Positions 27,573 through 37,453 of a stretch of 64,000 nucleotides of DNA are shown piece by piece. This DNA comes from an uncultured Rikenellaceae bacterium (GTDB lineage: Bacteria > Bacteroidota > Bacteroidia > Bacteroidales > VadinHA17). The notes below the pieces were generated by a model that saw nothing but the letters and a program-made list of their open reading frames with translations, was not told the DNA's origin and made no database searches. The stretch covers positions 24,590 through 88,589 of the forward strand of contig CAZBQM010000001.1 in assembly GCA_964494045.1 (NCBI GenBank), written 5' to 3'. Every line of letters begins with the position of its first letter. Position 1 is the stretch's first letter. The position numbers and the translations under genes were made by a program.

Positions 27573-28691
27573 TCAGGATCTTTTTTTGTACCTTCTCACC
27601 GCCAGTATGGTGAAGAATACTGCTATAGCCAGAAGCGACAGTATGTCCCTGCCCACATCTGCAATCCCTGAACCCTTGAGCATAACCATCCTGTTGATCC
27701 TCATAATGTAGGCAACCGGGTTGATCAGATCCACCCGTCGGGCCCAGAGTGGCATACTCTCGAGAGGGGTGAAGATGCCGCTCATAAGGATGAATACGAT
27801 AAGGATGAAAAATGCTATGAACATGAACTGTTGCTGTGTGTCAGCGAAAGTGGAGATGAAGATTGCAAAACCAAGAACAGCAACCAGGAAGATGGCAGTA
27901 CAGAGAAACAACAGGGCTATGCTGCCTTCAAAAGGGATATTAAATGCCAGTTTCCCAAGGAGAAGCCCTATGATGAGATCGACAATCCCTATTATCAGAA
28001 AGGGAACCATTTTGGCTGTAATGAACTGATACTTCTTTACCGGAGTCACATTGATCTGTTCAATAGTACCTATTTCCTTTTCCCTTACCAGGTTAAGACC
28101 GGCAAGCAGGAAACCGATCGCTGTGACGAGAATGCCGAGGATACCCGGAAGCATGTAGTATTTGTAGTTGAGAAGCTCATTATACCAGTAGCGGTTGCTG
28201 ATCACAATTCCTGAACCTGTAGCTGGTATAAGGGCCCCGGCCTTACCGCTGATTATTTCAATGTTATAGTCTGAAAGTACCCCGTTGAGATAAGCCCAGG
28301 CCAGCTGTGCCGATGATGCATTTATGGCGTTTACCGATGCCATTACCGCCGCGGAGGTCCCTTTTGTGATGTTCTCCCCGAATCCTTCGGGAATGCTGAG
28401 GACCAGATCTGTTTTGTCGCGGTGCAGAAGAGCCGAACCTTCTTCATCTGAAAAGGTCTCACCCATGATTCTGAAGAAGGTTGAACCTTCAAGTTTGTTT
28501 ATCAGGGAAGTTGATTCAACCGACCTGTCCCTGTCGATGATGGCCACCCTGACATTCCTGAGTTCAAATGTCACAGCAGGTACCAGTATGAGCATCTGTA
28601 CAACCGGAACGGCAAAAATAGCTTTCCCGATAAATTTGTTCCGGAAGATCTGTATGAACTCTTTTCTTATCAGATATAGTATCGTTCTCAT
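27573..28691 (-). CDS. ABC-2 type transporter permease
   Basis: 372 aa. One N-terminal TM, a periplasmic loop, and a C-terminal 5-TM ABC2 membrane domain (YbhR/YbhS-like). Confidence 0.85.
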   Translation of the reverse strand: MRTILYLIRKEFIQIFRNKFIGKAIFAVPVVQMLILVPAVTFELRNVRVAIIDRDRSVESTSLINKLEGSTFFRIMGETFSDEEGSALLHRDKTDLVLSIPEGFGENITKGTSAAVMASVNAINASSAQLAWAYLNGVLSDYNIEIISGKAGALIPATGSGIVISNRYWYNELLNYKYYMLPGILGILVTAIGFLLAGLNLVREKEIGTIEQINVTPVKKYQFITAKMVPFLIIGIVDLIIGLLLGKLAFNIPFEGSIALLFLCTAIFLVAVLGFAIFISTFADTQQQFMFIAFFILIVFILMSGIFTPLESMPLWARRVDLINPVAYIMRINRMVMLKGSGIADVGRDILSLLAIAVFFTILAVRRYKKRS

Positions 28692-28756
28692 TCAGTTTCA
28701 GTTCTTCATATTAGTTTCCATGGTCACCGGTTTTTGTTTTTCCGATATTAACCGGA

Positions 28757-29863
28757 TCACTGAAGCCTTATTTTAAAATTCCGGATACTCATCATTATAA
28801 AGGCCACGGTAAAAGCCATGAGTATAAGTGTCTCCTTCCAGATATACATCAGGCCGGTTCCCTTGATCATGATGTCCTTTATTATTACAATGAAATAGCG
28901 GGGCGGAAAGATGGAGCTGACCCAGCCATATACATCGGGCATATTGCTTATGGGGAAGATAAACCCTGAAAGAAGGATGGTCGGAAGCATCATCCCGACA
29001 AGAGAAATGAAGATGGCCTGCTGCATTGTTTTTGACACGGTTGATATTAATATTCCGAGAGATAGGCTCATAAGGATATAAAGCATGCTTTCGGCCATAA
29101 GAAGGATAATGCTCCCCTTTACAGGGAGCCCGAATACGAGCCACGACAGTGTCAGAATCAGTATGACATCGATCAGTGAGAGAAAGAAATAGGGGGTTAC
29201 TTTCCCCAGGATTATTTGCGAAGGTTTCAGGGGGGAAACAAGAAGGACTTCCATGGTACCGAATTCCTTTTCACGTGTTATGGTGACTGAAGTCATGAGT
29301 GCGCATATCAGGATCATGATAAGGGTGATAACGCCCGGAACAAACATAAAGTGACTCTTCAGCCCGGGGTTATAGAACATTCTTACCTCAGGCTTTACAG
29401 GTGGTGAGATGGCAGATGCTGCTGCCATCTCCCTGTTGAAATCGGTTATGATGGCAGTCATGTAATTGGTTACCAGTGTTGCCACGTTGGGTTCAGATCC
29501 GTCGGCGATAATTGTAAGCCCTGCTTTTCCCTGGCTCACAAGGTTATTTCCGAAGCCGGGTTCAAACACCACTACCGCCTTTGTCTTCCCCCTTTTCAGT
29601 ACCCTGTCGATATCATTATAACTCAGGAGGTTGCCTGTCTTCGTGAAGAAACCTGAAGAACATATCTTCGCTGTGAGGTTAACGGTTACCTCATCTTTTG
29701 ACAGGTCGAGAAAGGCAACTCCTGCATTCTTTATATCGGTCCTGACCACGTATCCGAAAAGAAGGATCTGGGCTGCCGGGATACCGAACAGGATTATCAT
29801 CGTCCGGTAGTCGCGGAAGATGTGAAGGAATTCTTTCTTTACAAAGCCAAGGAAGCGATTCAT
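28757..29863 (-). CDS. ABC-2 type transporter permease
   Basis: 368 aa, paralogous architecture to the neighbouring permease. Confidence 0.85.
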   Translation of the reverse strand: MNRFLGFVKKEFLHIFRDYRTMIILFGIPAAQILLFGYVVRTDIKNAGVAFLDLSKDEVTVNLTAKICSSGFFTKTGNLLSYNDIDRVLKRGKTKAVVVFEPGFGNNLVSQGKAGLTIIADGSEPNVATLVTNYMTAIITDFNREMAAASAISPPVKPEVRMFYNPGLKSHFMFVPGVITLIMILICALMTSVTITREKEFGTMEVLLVSPLKPSQIILGKVTPYFFLSLIDVILILTLSWLVFGLPVKGSIILLMAESMLYILMSLSLGILISTVSKTMQQAIFISLVGMMLPTILLSGFIFPISNMPDVYGWVSSIFPPRYFIVIIKDIMIKGTGLMYIWKETLILMAFTVAFIMMSIRNFKIRLQ

Positions 29864-29866
29864 AGT

Positions 29867-30601
29867 TCAGTTATTAACAGGTCGGGCTATCTTTACAAAG
29901 ACCTCTTCGACCGAATCGGCCGAATATTCTCTTTTCAAAGCTGCAGGTGAGTCAAGAGCGACAATCCGGCCCTCGCTCATTATCGATATCCTGTCGCAGT
30001 ATTCCGCTTCATCCATATAATGGGTTGTCACGAACACAGTGATACCTTCCGATGATGCCTCATAGATAAGTTCCCAGAACTGGCGACGGGTAAGAGGATC
30101 GACTCCTCCGGTTGGCTCATCAAGAAATACAATTTTCGGCTGATGAAGGATGGCAACCGAAAATGCCAGTTTCTGTTTCAGTCCCAGGGGTATGTCAGCA
30201 ATAAGGCTGTTCCCGTATTTGCCAAAATCAAGTTTCTCAAGTAGTTCGGTGAGCCTGGTCTTTATCAGGCTTTTCTTCATACCGTAAATACCGCCGTAAA
30301 GCACAATGTTTTCCCTCACTGTCAGATCCTCGTAGAGCGAGAACTTCTGGCTCATATAACCAATGTTCTTCTTAAGCCTTTCGGAATCTTTTGCCACGTC
30401 GAAACCGGCTACCGTTACTTCTCCCGAGGTGGGAGCTGACAGCCCCGATAATATCCTGATGGCGGTGGTCTTTCCTGCTCCGTTGGCTCCAAGGAAACCG
30501 AAGATCTCCCCCTCATATACATCGAAACTGAGATTGTCGTTGGCTGTGAAGCTTCCGAATTTCTTCACCAGGTTATGGACCGATATAACTTTACTCTTCA
30601 T
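29867..30601 (-). CDS. ABC transporter ATP-binding protein
   Basis: 244 aa. Walker A GANGAGKTT, signature-like PLGLKQKL, Walker B IVFLDEPT. Confidence 0.9.
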   Translation of the reverse strand: MKSKVISVHNLVKKFGSFTANDNLSFDVYEGEIFGFLGANGAGKTTAIRILSGLSAPTSGEVTVAGFDVAKDSERLKKNIGYMSQKFSLYEDLTVRENIVLYGGIYGMKKSLIKTRLTELLEKLDFGKYGNSLIADIPLGLKQKLAFSVAILHQPKIVFLDEPTGGVDPLTRRQFWELIYEASSEGITVFVTTHYMDEAEYCDRISIMSEGRIVALDSPAALKREYSADSVEEVFVKIARPVNN

Positions 30602-30612
30602 GCGCGATACTG

Positions 30613-31554
30613 CTAAACCATTGAATTATTGAGTTCGTGACCCGGACGGTTCTGCATTAGTTCGAGGAAACGGTCCTCGATGCCAGGTAAGGCAGCGGTC
30701 AACTCCACGTCGTTTATTCCCTGGTCCTTCAGGTATGAACTGAGTGCGTCGGGAAGCCTGTCGTCGTGGAAGGTCACATGAACCGACTCTCCGAAGGGAT
30801 AGGCGGTTTCAGTACCGGGGAAGGACCTAAGGGCATTGATAAGTCGGTATTTACCTGAAGAAGTTGCCGAAAACAGTTTCTTACTGAACCCTTTTACTAT
30901 TCCTGAAGGAGTATCAACCGACAGAATGATACCATCCTGGATCAGTGCCACCCTGTCGCATCTCATGGCTTCATCCATATATGGTGTTGACACGATGATT
31001 GTTATGTCGTGACTTCTGAGTTTATCGAGCATAGTCCAGAATTCTGAACGCGAGACAGCATCGACGCCGGTGGTGGGTTCATCGAGGATAAGCAGGCGGG
31101 GTTTGTGGATAAGTGCACACGAAAGGGCAAGCTTTTGTTTCATGCCTCCCGACAGGTGCCCGGCAAGGCGGTTTTTGAAAGGCTCGATATGCGAATAGAT
31201 ATCCGAGATGAGGTAATAGTTCTCCTTCACAGTGGTACCGAAGACCGTGGCATAGAAATTCAGGTTCTCTTCCACAGTAAGGTCGTGGTAAAGGCTGAAC
31301 CTTCCCGGCATGTAGCCGATGTTCTTTCTCAACTCCCTGAAGTCCTTCCTGACATCGAGGCCGAGCTCTTTCAGGCTTCCGTGGTCGGGCAACAGGAGGG
31401 TGCAAAGTATCCTGAAAAGGGTTGTCTTTCCGGCTCCGTCAGGACCAATGAATCCGAAGATCTCATTCTGACGTGCAGTAAATGACACATTGTTGAGAGC
31501 TGTCACTGAACCGTATTTTTTGCAGATATCATCTGCTTCTATAACCATCTCCAT
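30613..31554 (-). CDS. ABC transporter ATP-binding protein with C-terminal extension
   Basis: 313 aa. Walker A GPDGAGKTT, signature LSGGMKQKL, Walker B LLILDEPT. Confidence 0.9.
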   Translation of the reverse strand: MEMVIEADDICKKYGSVTALNNVSFTARQNEIFGFIGPDGAGKTTLFRILCTLLLPDHGSLKELGLDVRKDFRELRKNIGYMPGRFSLYHDLTVEENLNFYATVFGTTVKENYYLISDIYSHIEPFKNRLAGHLSGGMKQKLALSCALIHKPRLLILDEPTTGVDAVSRSEFWTMLDKLRSHDITIIVSTPYMDEAMRCDRVALIQDGIILSVDTPSGIVKGFSKKLFSATSSGKYRLINALRSFPGTETAYPFGESVHVTFHDDRLPDALSSYLKDQGINDVELTAALPGIEDRFLELMQNRPGHELNNSMV

Positions 31555-31567
31555 AGTAACTTTTCTC

Positions 31568-32449
31568 TCAGTTGAAAAGGGCTTCGCCGGGCATTCCCGA
31601 TTTCATGGAACCGTCGTTCTTTACATCAATGGTGACGGCATAGACCAGGGTGACACGCTCCTCTTTTGTCTGGATGATTTTAGGTGTGAACTCTGCCTTG
31701 TCGGCAATATGGCTGACTGTTCCGGGAAAGGATCTGTAGCCCTTTTCCCCTTCATCTATCCTTACGGTACAGCTCTGGCCTGTTTTTACCGATCCAAGTG
31801 AGGCTCCGCTTACGTAGGCCTTAAGTCTGATAACTGACATGTCTGCTATCCTGACAAGAGGTTTCCCGGCTGCGGTCATCTCACCATTCTCAACGTATTT
31901 GTCGAGCACAGTGCCATTGGCAGGACTGGTGATTAAGCTCCGGGAGATCTGTTCCTCAATGATCATCTTCTTTGATTCCAGCACCGAAAGCTCAGCTGCC
32001 ACAGATGCCTTCTGTGTGTTGTTGGCTTCAATCTGCTTTTCAAGAACTGCAACCTGGCCATTGAGATCGTCATATTGCTTCTGCGTGGCGGCATCATCCT
32101 TCAGCATGTTGGCTATGCGCCGGATATTTACCTCAATATTGATGATCTGCTGGGTTAGTATTGCATTCTGGGCGTTGATTGAGCTGATACGCGTTGTTAT
32201 GCTTTTCATGCCTGCATCCACTTCATTTTTTTGAAGGTGGAGGATGGCGGTATCGATGAGGGCAATTTTTTCGCCTTCAGCCACAATGCTACCCTCGGTC
32301 ACGAAGACATCCAGAACCCGTCCGGAAGTTTCTGAGGACACTGTCACATCTGTAACCTCGAAGTTGCCGTAGGCGTCAGCTTCACCTTCTTTATTAGAGC
32401 AGGCAGTTACCAAACTGGCTGTCAGAAGAATAAGTATGGCTTTTTTCAT
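31568..32449 (-). CDS. HlyD-family membrane fusion (periplasmic adaptor) lipoprotein
   Basis: 293 aa. Lipobox LVTAC, a coiled-coil central region, and barrel-sandwich ends (YbhG-like). Confidence 0.85.
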   Translation of the reverse strand: MKKAILILLTASLVTACSNKEGEADAYGNFEVTDVTVSSETSGRVLDVFVTEGSIVAEGEKIALIDTAILHLQKNEVDAGMKSITTRISSINAQNAILTQQIINIEVNIRRIANMLKDDAATQKQYDDLNGQVAVLEKQIEANNTQKASVAAELSVLESKKMIIEEQISRSLITSPANGTVLDKYVENGEMTAAGKPLVRIADMSVIRLKAYVSGASLGSVKTGQSCTVRIDEGEKGYRSFPGTVSHIADKAEFTPKIIQTKEERVTLVYAVTIDVKNDGSMKSGMPGEALFN

Positions 32450-32515
32450 TTTATATTTTCTTGTTTGAGTGTTGGATAGACTTTTTCATTATACTTTTAA
32501 GCTCTGCCGGTCTTA

Positions 32516-33811
32516 TCACCTGATCTCCTGCCCGCTGGTGTTCATAAACACGACCATGGCAAGTGCGAGGTTTATCTTGTGTATCTCGTGGTTTAACAGA
32601 GCCTGATTCTCGGCATTCATCTCGCCAAGGTATTCGGTTGCCGTAATGGTCCCGTTCTGATACTGCGACTCTGCTGCGGCTGTAATCCTTTTCCTCAGTG
32701 CAATGAGGTCGCTGTCGGTCTCCAGCAGGCTGAGAAGTCCGTCTATTTCGGCTTTCCGTGTGTCGAGGAGTCTTTTGAGGTTATCTGAAAGGTCTTTCCT
32801 GCGGTCCCCGAGGATATTTTTCTGCACAGCAAGGATCTCTTTCTCGTTTCTTGTTTTGTTCCAGTCGAAGATTTTCCACTTGAGACCGGCGCCCACGAGG
32901 TAGTAAGGCGCAAACTCATCCCTCAGGAAGTTGTTTCCCGGAGGGTTGCCGTATCCCAGGGTGGCGTAGCTAAAAGCTTTGGGCATACGCTGGCTTTCGA
33001 CCGAGGCGGTGGCTGCATCCAACCTGTTTATCCCGAGATCAAGAAGGTCGAGCTCCGGACGTTTGAGCTCATAGGAGAGGGACGAACTGATTTCGGGAAG
33101 GACAAACTGTGATGAAGGATCAATCGGTTTGCCTGTCAGGTCGGAGAGAATACTGATAAGCGCGTTTCTTTTTATTTTATTCTCTGAGATCTGCTGTTCG
33201 AGTCTTATCTTCTCAGAGCTGAGCACATCGAGGTCCGACCTCAGCACGGCTCCGTTATCGAGTGCACTCTGCAGGGCTGTCATCTTTTTATTAATGACGT
33301 CCAGGTAATTGTCAAGCACCTCGGCCTGTCGCGACAGCAGGAGGATATTGAAAAAGTAATTCGTCACTTCATCCCTTATCTTCCGGATGCCGGTTTCAGT
33401 TTCCTTCTGACTGATTGCAAGATCTGCCTGGCCCAGGGCCCTTGCCTTTTTCACGGCTCCACCATCATAGATGACCTGGTTGACCTCAAGAGTCAGCCTG
33501 TACTGTTCATGAGGCATGGGATTTATGGCATCAGCGATACCCGGAAAAGGAAGGCTCCCGAGAGCACTTCCCATATCGATAACCGAGGAATTATACAGGA
33601 AGGTTCCACCAAAGTCAAGCGAAGGCAGCCAGTTCTTCTTTAAGTTTTCATCCTTTAACCCTGATATCAGGGCTTGATTCTCTCTTTCTCTCAGCAGACC
33701 GGTGTTTTCTTCAGCCATGATGTAACATGACTCAAGCGTAACCGGATTCTGACTGTGCAATGACGGAGAGAGCATAATCAAAATGAGAAATACTATCCTG
33801 TTTTTTTTCAT
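32516..33811 (-). CDS. TolC-family outer membrane efflux protein
   Basis: 431 aa with a signal peptide and two OEP-type repeat halves. Confidence 0.85.
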   Translation of the reverse strand: MKKNRIVFLILIMLSPSLHSQNPVTLESCYIMAEENTGLLRERENQALISGLKDENLKKNWLPSLDFGGTFLYNSSVIDMGSALGSLPFPGIADAINPMPHEQYRLTLEVNQVIYDGGAVKKARALGQADLAISQKETETGIRKIRDEVTNYFFNILLLSRQAEVLDNYLDVINKKMTALQSALDNGAVLRSDLDVLSSEKIRLEQQISENKIKRNALISILSDLTGKPIDPSSQFVLPEISSSLSYELKRPELDLLDLGINRLDAATASVESQRMPKAFSYATLGYGNPPGNNFLRDEFAPYYLVGAGLKWKIFDWNKTRNEKEILAVQKNILGDRRKDLSDNLKRLLDTRKAEIDGLLSLLETDSDLIALRKRITAAAESQYQNGTITATEYLGEMNAENQALLNHEIHKINLALAMVVFMNTSGQEIR

Positions 33812-33929
33812 ACCAGATCGTTTTTATTTCTGAGGTCATTTTGTCTTAAGGGGCGGTTTGTATGTTGCTGAGGCAGTAAGAGTAACCTTTTACCCGTACA
33901 GACAGTGTCTCACATCTTTTAAAGTGTTT

Positions 33930-34556
33930 CTATGCTTTGTCGTTTTTAAGGGCGTTAATAACAAACCCGGCAGCAAACTCCTTTCTTTCCTCAAGGAAGC
34001 TGTTGAAGCTCAGTCCCTGCTTTTCGAGGATGGCTTCGAAGATTCCCCTGGCCGCGAAGGGGAAGACGCTCATGGCCACTATTGAACTCATTATCTGAGG
34101 CATCATTGAGGCATCAATTTTATATTCGTCCAGCTTCTTTTTATGCAGCGAGTAGATCTTCAGCCACAGGTTGTTGAGATCATAACCGGCCAGGTATTTT
34201 TTTATTCTTTCGGGATTCCTGTTGATTTCATTAAGGATAAATCCGGGCAGCCTTGGGTTCTCCTGAAGGAAACTTATATGTTCCCTGAAGAAAAACCTGA
34301 TCTTGTCGTCGAGCGACATTGAAGGGTCGAGGACCGGTGAGAATTTCTTCAATATCCTGTTGGCCATCTTTTCAAATACGGCATCGAACAGATGCTCTTT
34401 GGTGCGGTAATAGTAATGCAGCAGAGCCTTGTTTATCCCTGCATGATCCGCGATATCCCTCATGCGTGCCCCGTCCATTCCCCTGTCGAGGAACACATCA
34501 GTTGCTGATTCAAAAATCTTCTCTTCTGTCTGCCTGTCTCTTTCAGTCATAGACAT
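33930..34556 (-). CDS. TetR/AcrR family transcriptional regulator
   Basis: 208 aa. N-terminal HTH (GMDGARMRDIADHAGINKALLHYYYRTKEHLF). It is the first gene of the efflux operon. Confidence 0.9.
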   Translation of the reverse strand: MSMTERDRQTEEKIFESATDVFLDRGMDGARMRDIADHAGINKALLHYYYRTKEHLFDAVFEKMANRILKKFSPVLDPSMSLDDKIRFFFREHISFLQENPRLPGFILNEINRNPERIKKYLAGYDLNNLWLKIYSLHKKKLDEYKIDASMMPQIMSSIVAMSVFPFAARGIFEAILEKQGLSFNSFLEERKEFAAGFVINALKNDKA

Positions 34557-34564
34557 TAACCTTA

Positions 34565-34615
34565 AAGTTTAACCAATCAGATTAAACAAATAGTTTAACC
34601 ATATGGTCAAAAATA
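34565..34615 (-). promoter_or_regulatory. candidate tetR-operon promoter (-7 box) with overlapping operator palindromes
   Basis: On the minus strand, TATTTTTG (34608-34615) matches the Bacteroides -7 consensus TAnnTTTG. It abuts the palindrome TTAACCATATGGTCAA (34595-34610; core ACCATATGGT is perfect). A second inverted repeat is GTTTAA-N9-TTAAAC (34567-34587). AGTTTAACCA is directly repeated at 34566 and 34592. Confidence 0.45.
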
Positions 34616-34975
34616 AACACAAAAAAATTACCATGCAAGTTTTTCTTATGAATAAATAAAAAAATGTTTGAAAAAAGCCGGAGCCGGCATGTCTGCGTAT
34701 GGTTTTGTTCCTGACGGGAACGAAGATGGGTCAGTCAATCTGAAGCAGCTTCGGCCTCATTGAAGAATATGCGGGCAGGGAAGGAATCTTTGCAACCCCA
34801 GGTCTGAATATGATATATATAATTATATATAAACGGTTTTTAATATGTAAATGCTTTTATTAAATTTATAATCGGAAAGTTTTCCGGTCCTGATCAGTTG
34901 GGTTAAAAGACAGGGTAAGGTGAGCTTTAGCGCTTCATAATTTGGAATCAGAAACCATAGTAAAACAGACGAACA

Positions 34976-35818
34976 ATGAAAATTGAAGGAAGGCGTAAGA
35001 GTGGCAATATTGAGGATCGCAGGGGAATGTCGAGGGGAAAGATGGCAGTAGGGGGAGGCATTGGCACCATTGTGATCGCTGTTGTTGTACTATTGCTTGG
35101 AGGGGATCCCTCGCAGGTGGTTAACTCTCTTCAGCAGGAGCCTGTTCAGTCGGAGAATGTAGAGGTCTCAGCTGAAGAGAAAGATATGGCTGATTTTGTA
35201 TCTGTAGTTCTTGCAGGTACGGAGGATGTATGGACCCAGGCCTTTGCAGAGTCGGGTATGACATACAGGAAACCGACCCTGGTTCTCTTCAGGGATCAGG
35301 TTCAGTCGGCCTGTGGTTCTGCGTCTGCTGCCAGTGGCCCGTTTTATTGTCCCGGAGATGAAAAGGTATATATAGATCTGAGTTTCTTTGATGATCTGAA
35401 GACTAATTACGGCGCTTATGGTGATTTTGCAATTGCATATGTTGTTGCCCATGAGATAGGTCATCATGTTCAGAATCTGCTTGGTATTCTTGAGGATGTG
35501 AACAAACAAAGGGCAGAGCTCAACCAGACACGGTCCAACCAGCTGCTTGTGAGGCTTGAGCTTCAGGCTGATTTTCTGGCCGGGATGTGGGCTAACCACG
35601 ATCAGAAGATGTTTGGCTCCCTTGAAACCGGTGACATTGAGGAGGCTATGAACGCCGCGGCCTCTGTAGGTGACGATGTACTTCAGAAGAAGTACCAGGG
35701 CAGGGTGGTTCCCGATGCTTTTACCCATGGCTCGGCAGCCCAGCGTAAGGAGTGGTTCAGAAGAGGTTATACCACGGGTGATTTTGACCAGGGGGATACC
35801 TTCAGGGCTGATATCTGA
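34976..35818 (+). CDS. ypfJ: YpfJ-family putative neutral zinc metallopeptidase
   Basis: 280 aa. N-terminal TM, GPFYCPGDEKVYIDLSFF, and HExxH (AHEIGHH). Confidence 0.88.
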   Translation: MKIEGRRKSGNIEDRRGMSRGKMAVGGGIGTIVIAVVVLLLGGDPSQVVNSLQQEPVQSENVEVSAEEKDMADFVSVVLAGTEDVWTQAFAESGMTYRKPTLVLFRDQVQSACGSASAASGPFYCPGDEKVYIDLSFFDDLKTNYGAYGDFAIAYVVAHEIGHHVQNLLGILEDVNKQRAELNQTRSNQLLVRLELQADFLAGMWANHDQKMFGSLETGDIEEAMNAAASVGDDVLQKKYQGRVVPDAFTHGSAAQRKEWFRRGYTTGDFDQGDTFRADI

Positions 35819-35930
35819 TCAGCGACTCTGGCCGGCTCATAGAGTGAAGCTGTTTTACTACGGTATCCCGGCTTGTTAGCAAAGCCGGTAAACCAGGTTT
35901 TTTTCAGGTTTATTTCGAATATTATCTGAT

Positions 35931-35967
35931 AAAGGCAGGAGAAACAAATTTTCCTGCCTTTCTTTTT
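35931..35967 (+). terminator. intrinsic terminator downstream of ypfJ
   Basis: Perfect 10-bp stem AAAGGCAGGA / TCCTGCCTTT with an 11-nt loop, followed by CTTTTTG. Confidence 0.65.
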
Positions 35968-36074
35968 GTCGTGTTATTACTGGTTTCTGTCGGCAAAAAC
36001 AGCCTCTCCTTCTATATAATTTTTTACAGGGTTGCCTGAGGCATATCTTTATTTCGAACAAAAGGAATAAGACT

Positions 36075-37391
36075 ATGAAACGGGCAATTCTTTTAATAAC
36101 CATTATCCTGGCGTCAGCCGGAAATGTATTTCCCTCGCTTCAGGATAATTCATGGACCCTTGAAAAGTGTATTGAATATGCACTGGAGCAGAACATCCAG
36201 GTAAGGAAGGGAAGTCTGAACATTGAGAAGCTTGACTTGTATTCCGAACAGAGCAGGGCACAAAGGCTGCCTTCTGTAAATGGTTCGGTAAGTCACAACT
36301 TCAACTGGACCAACAGTGAGGCATCCGGGTCGGGTCTCTCATCTTCGAACGGGTCGAATATCACACTTAATGCAGGGGTGACACTGTTTAATGCATCAAG
36401 GATAAGCAACCAGATAAAACAGTCGGAGCTTGAGCTTGAAAGCGGAAAATTAACCCTTGAGACCACTAAGGAATCGATAAGTCTCAGTATCCTGAATGCA
36501 TTTCTTCAGGTTCTGTATTCTGAAGAACAGGTAAAAAACAGCGGGAAGCAGATTGAGGCAACTGAAAGCCAGTTAAGCCTGGCTGAGGAGAGGCTTTTAC
36601 TGAAAGCCATTTCGCAGTCGGATTATGCGCAGGTCAGGTCGCAGCTTGCAAGTGAGAAACTTACCCTTGCGAATGCCAGGAGCCAGTTAGCGATCGCAAA
36701 AGTCAACCTGATGCAGCTGATGGAGTTACCGGTTGATGACAGTTTCAGTGTTGCCGACCCCGATCTTTCGGGAGTCCTTAACCTGAACAGTATCCCTGAT
36801 GTAGGCTCAGTTTACGAAACGGCACTTGGAATAAAGCCGCAGATAAAAAACGCCGGGATAAATATTGAGATATCGGCTCTTGGTTCCAGGATTGCAAAAG
36901 CCGGGTATTTCCCGACTATTACAGCCAGTGCCGGATTGGGATCGAACTATAGCAACAGGGGCAGTGATACTTATTTCGGACAATTGGGTGACGGCCTGAC
37001 TCCTTCGGCAGGATTTACACTTTCAATCCCGGTTTTTCAGAAGAAACAGGTAAGCACCGGAGTTGCTATTGCCGAGGCTGAATACCGCGATGCCGAACTG
37101 TCTGAACTGAACACCAGGAACGAGCTGAGGAAGAGCATTGAACAGGCTTGCCTCGATGTAAGCTCTGCCCAGGTTGAGTATGAAGCCAGTCTTGAATCAT
37201 ATAATGCCACACTCGAGTCGTCACTTCTCTCAGACGAGAAATTCAGCCAGGGGATGCTTAACTCAGTCGATTATCTGGTTTCAAAAACAAATCTGATTGT
37301 GGCTGAAAGCAAGTTACTCCAGTCAAAATACAACCTCGTCTTCAGTTACAAGATACTTGATTTCTACAACGGGATACCTCTGACACTATGA
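36075..37391 (+). CDS. TolC-family outer membrane efflux protein
   Basis: 438 aa with a signal peptide and duplicated OEP repeats. Confidence 0.88.
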   Translation: MKRAILLITIILASAGNVFPSLQDNSWTLEKCIEYALEQNIQVRKGSLNIEKLDLYSEQSRAQRLPSVNGSVSHNFNWTNSEASGSGLSSSNGSNITLNAGVTLFNASRISNQIKQSELELESGKLTLETTKESISLSILNAFLQVLYSEEQVKNSGKQIEATESQLSLAEERLLLKAISQSDYAQVRSQLASEKLTLANARSQLAIAKVNLMQLMELPVDDSFSVADPDLSGVLNLNSIPDVGSVYETALGIKPQIKNAGINIEISALGSRIAKAGYFPTITASAGLGSNYSNRGSDTYFGQLGDGLTPSAGFTLSIPVFQKKQVSTGVAIAEAEYRDAELSELNTRNELRKSIEQACLDVSSAQVEYEASLESYNATLESSLLSDEKFSQGMLNSVDYLVSKTNLIVAESKLLQSKYNLVFSYKILDFYNGIPLTL

Positions 37392-37453
37392 ACTGCCAGC
37401 AAATGATTCAAAGATAAATCTTCAATTTACATATAATCTAAAGCACTCAGGAA

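Noticed and set aside
34669-34690. GCCGG/CCGGC mini-hairpin with an adjacent A6 run (a T-run on the minus strand) in the 419-nt tetR-ypfJ spacer
   Set aside because: Only 4 bp are usable once a minimal loop is allowed, and no gene or clear promoter would feed it. It is too weak to call a terminator or sRNA end.
35168-35728. 186-aa antisense ORF inside ypfJ (and, for the same reason, the 191-aa one at 56602-57177 inside comM)
   Set aside because: These are shadow ORFs opposite frames with clear HExxH and AAA+ motifs.
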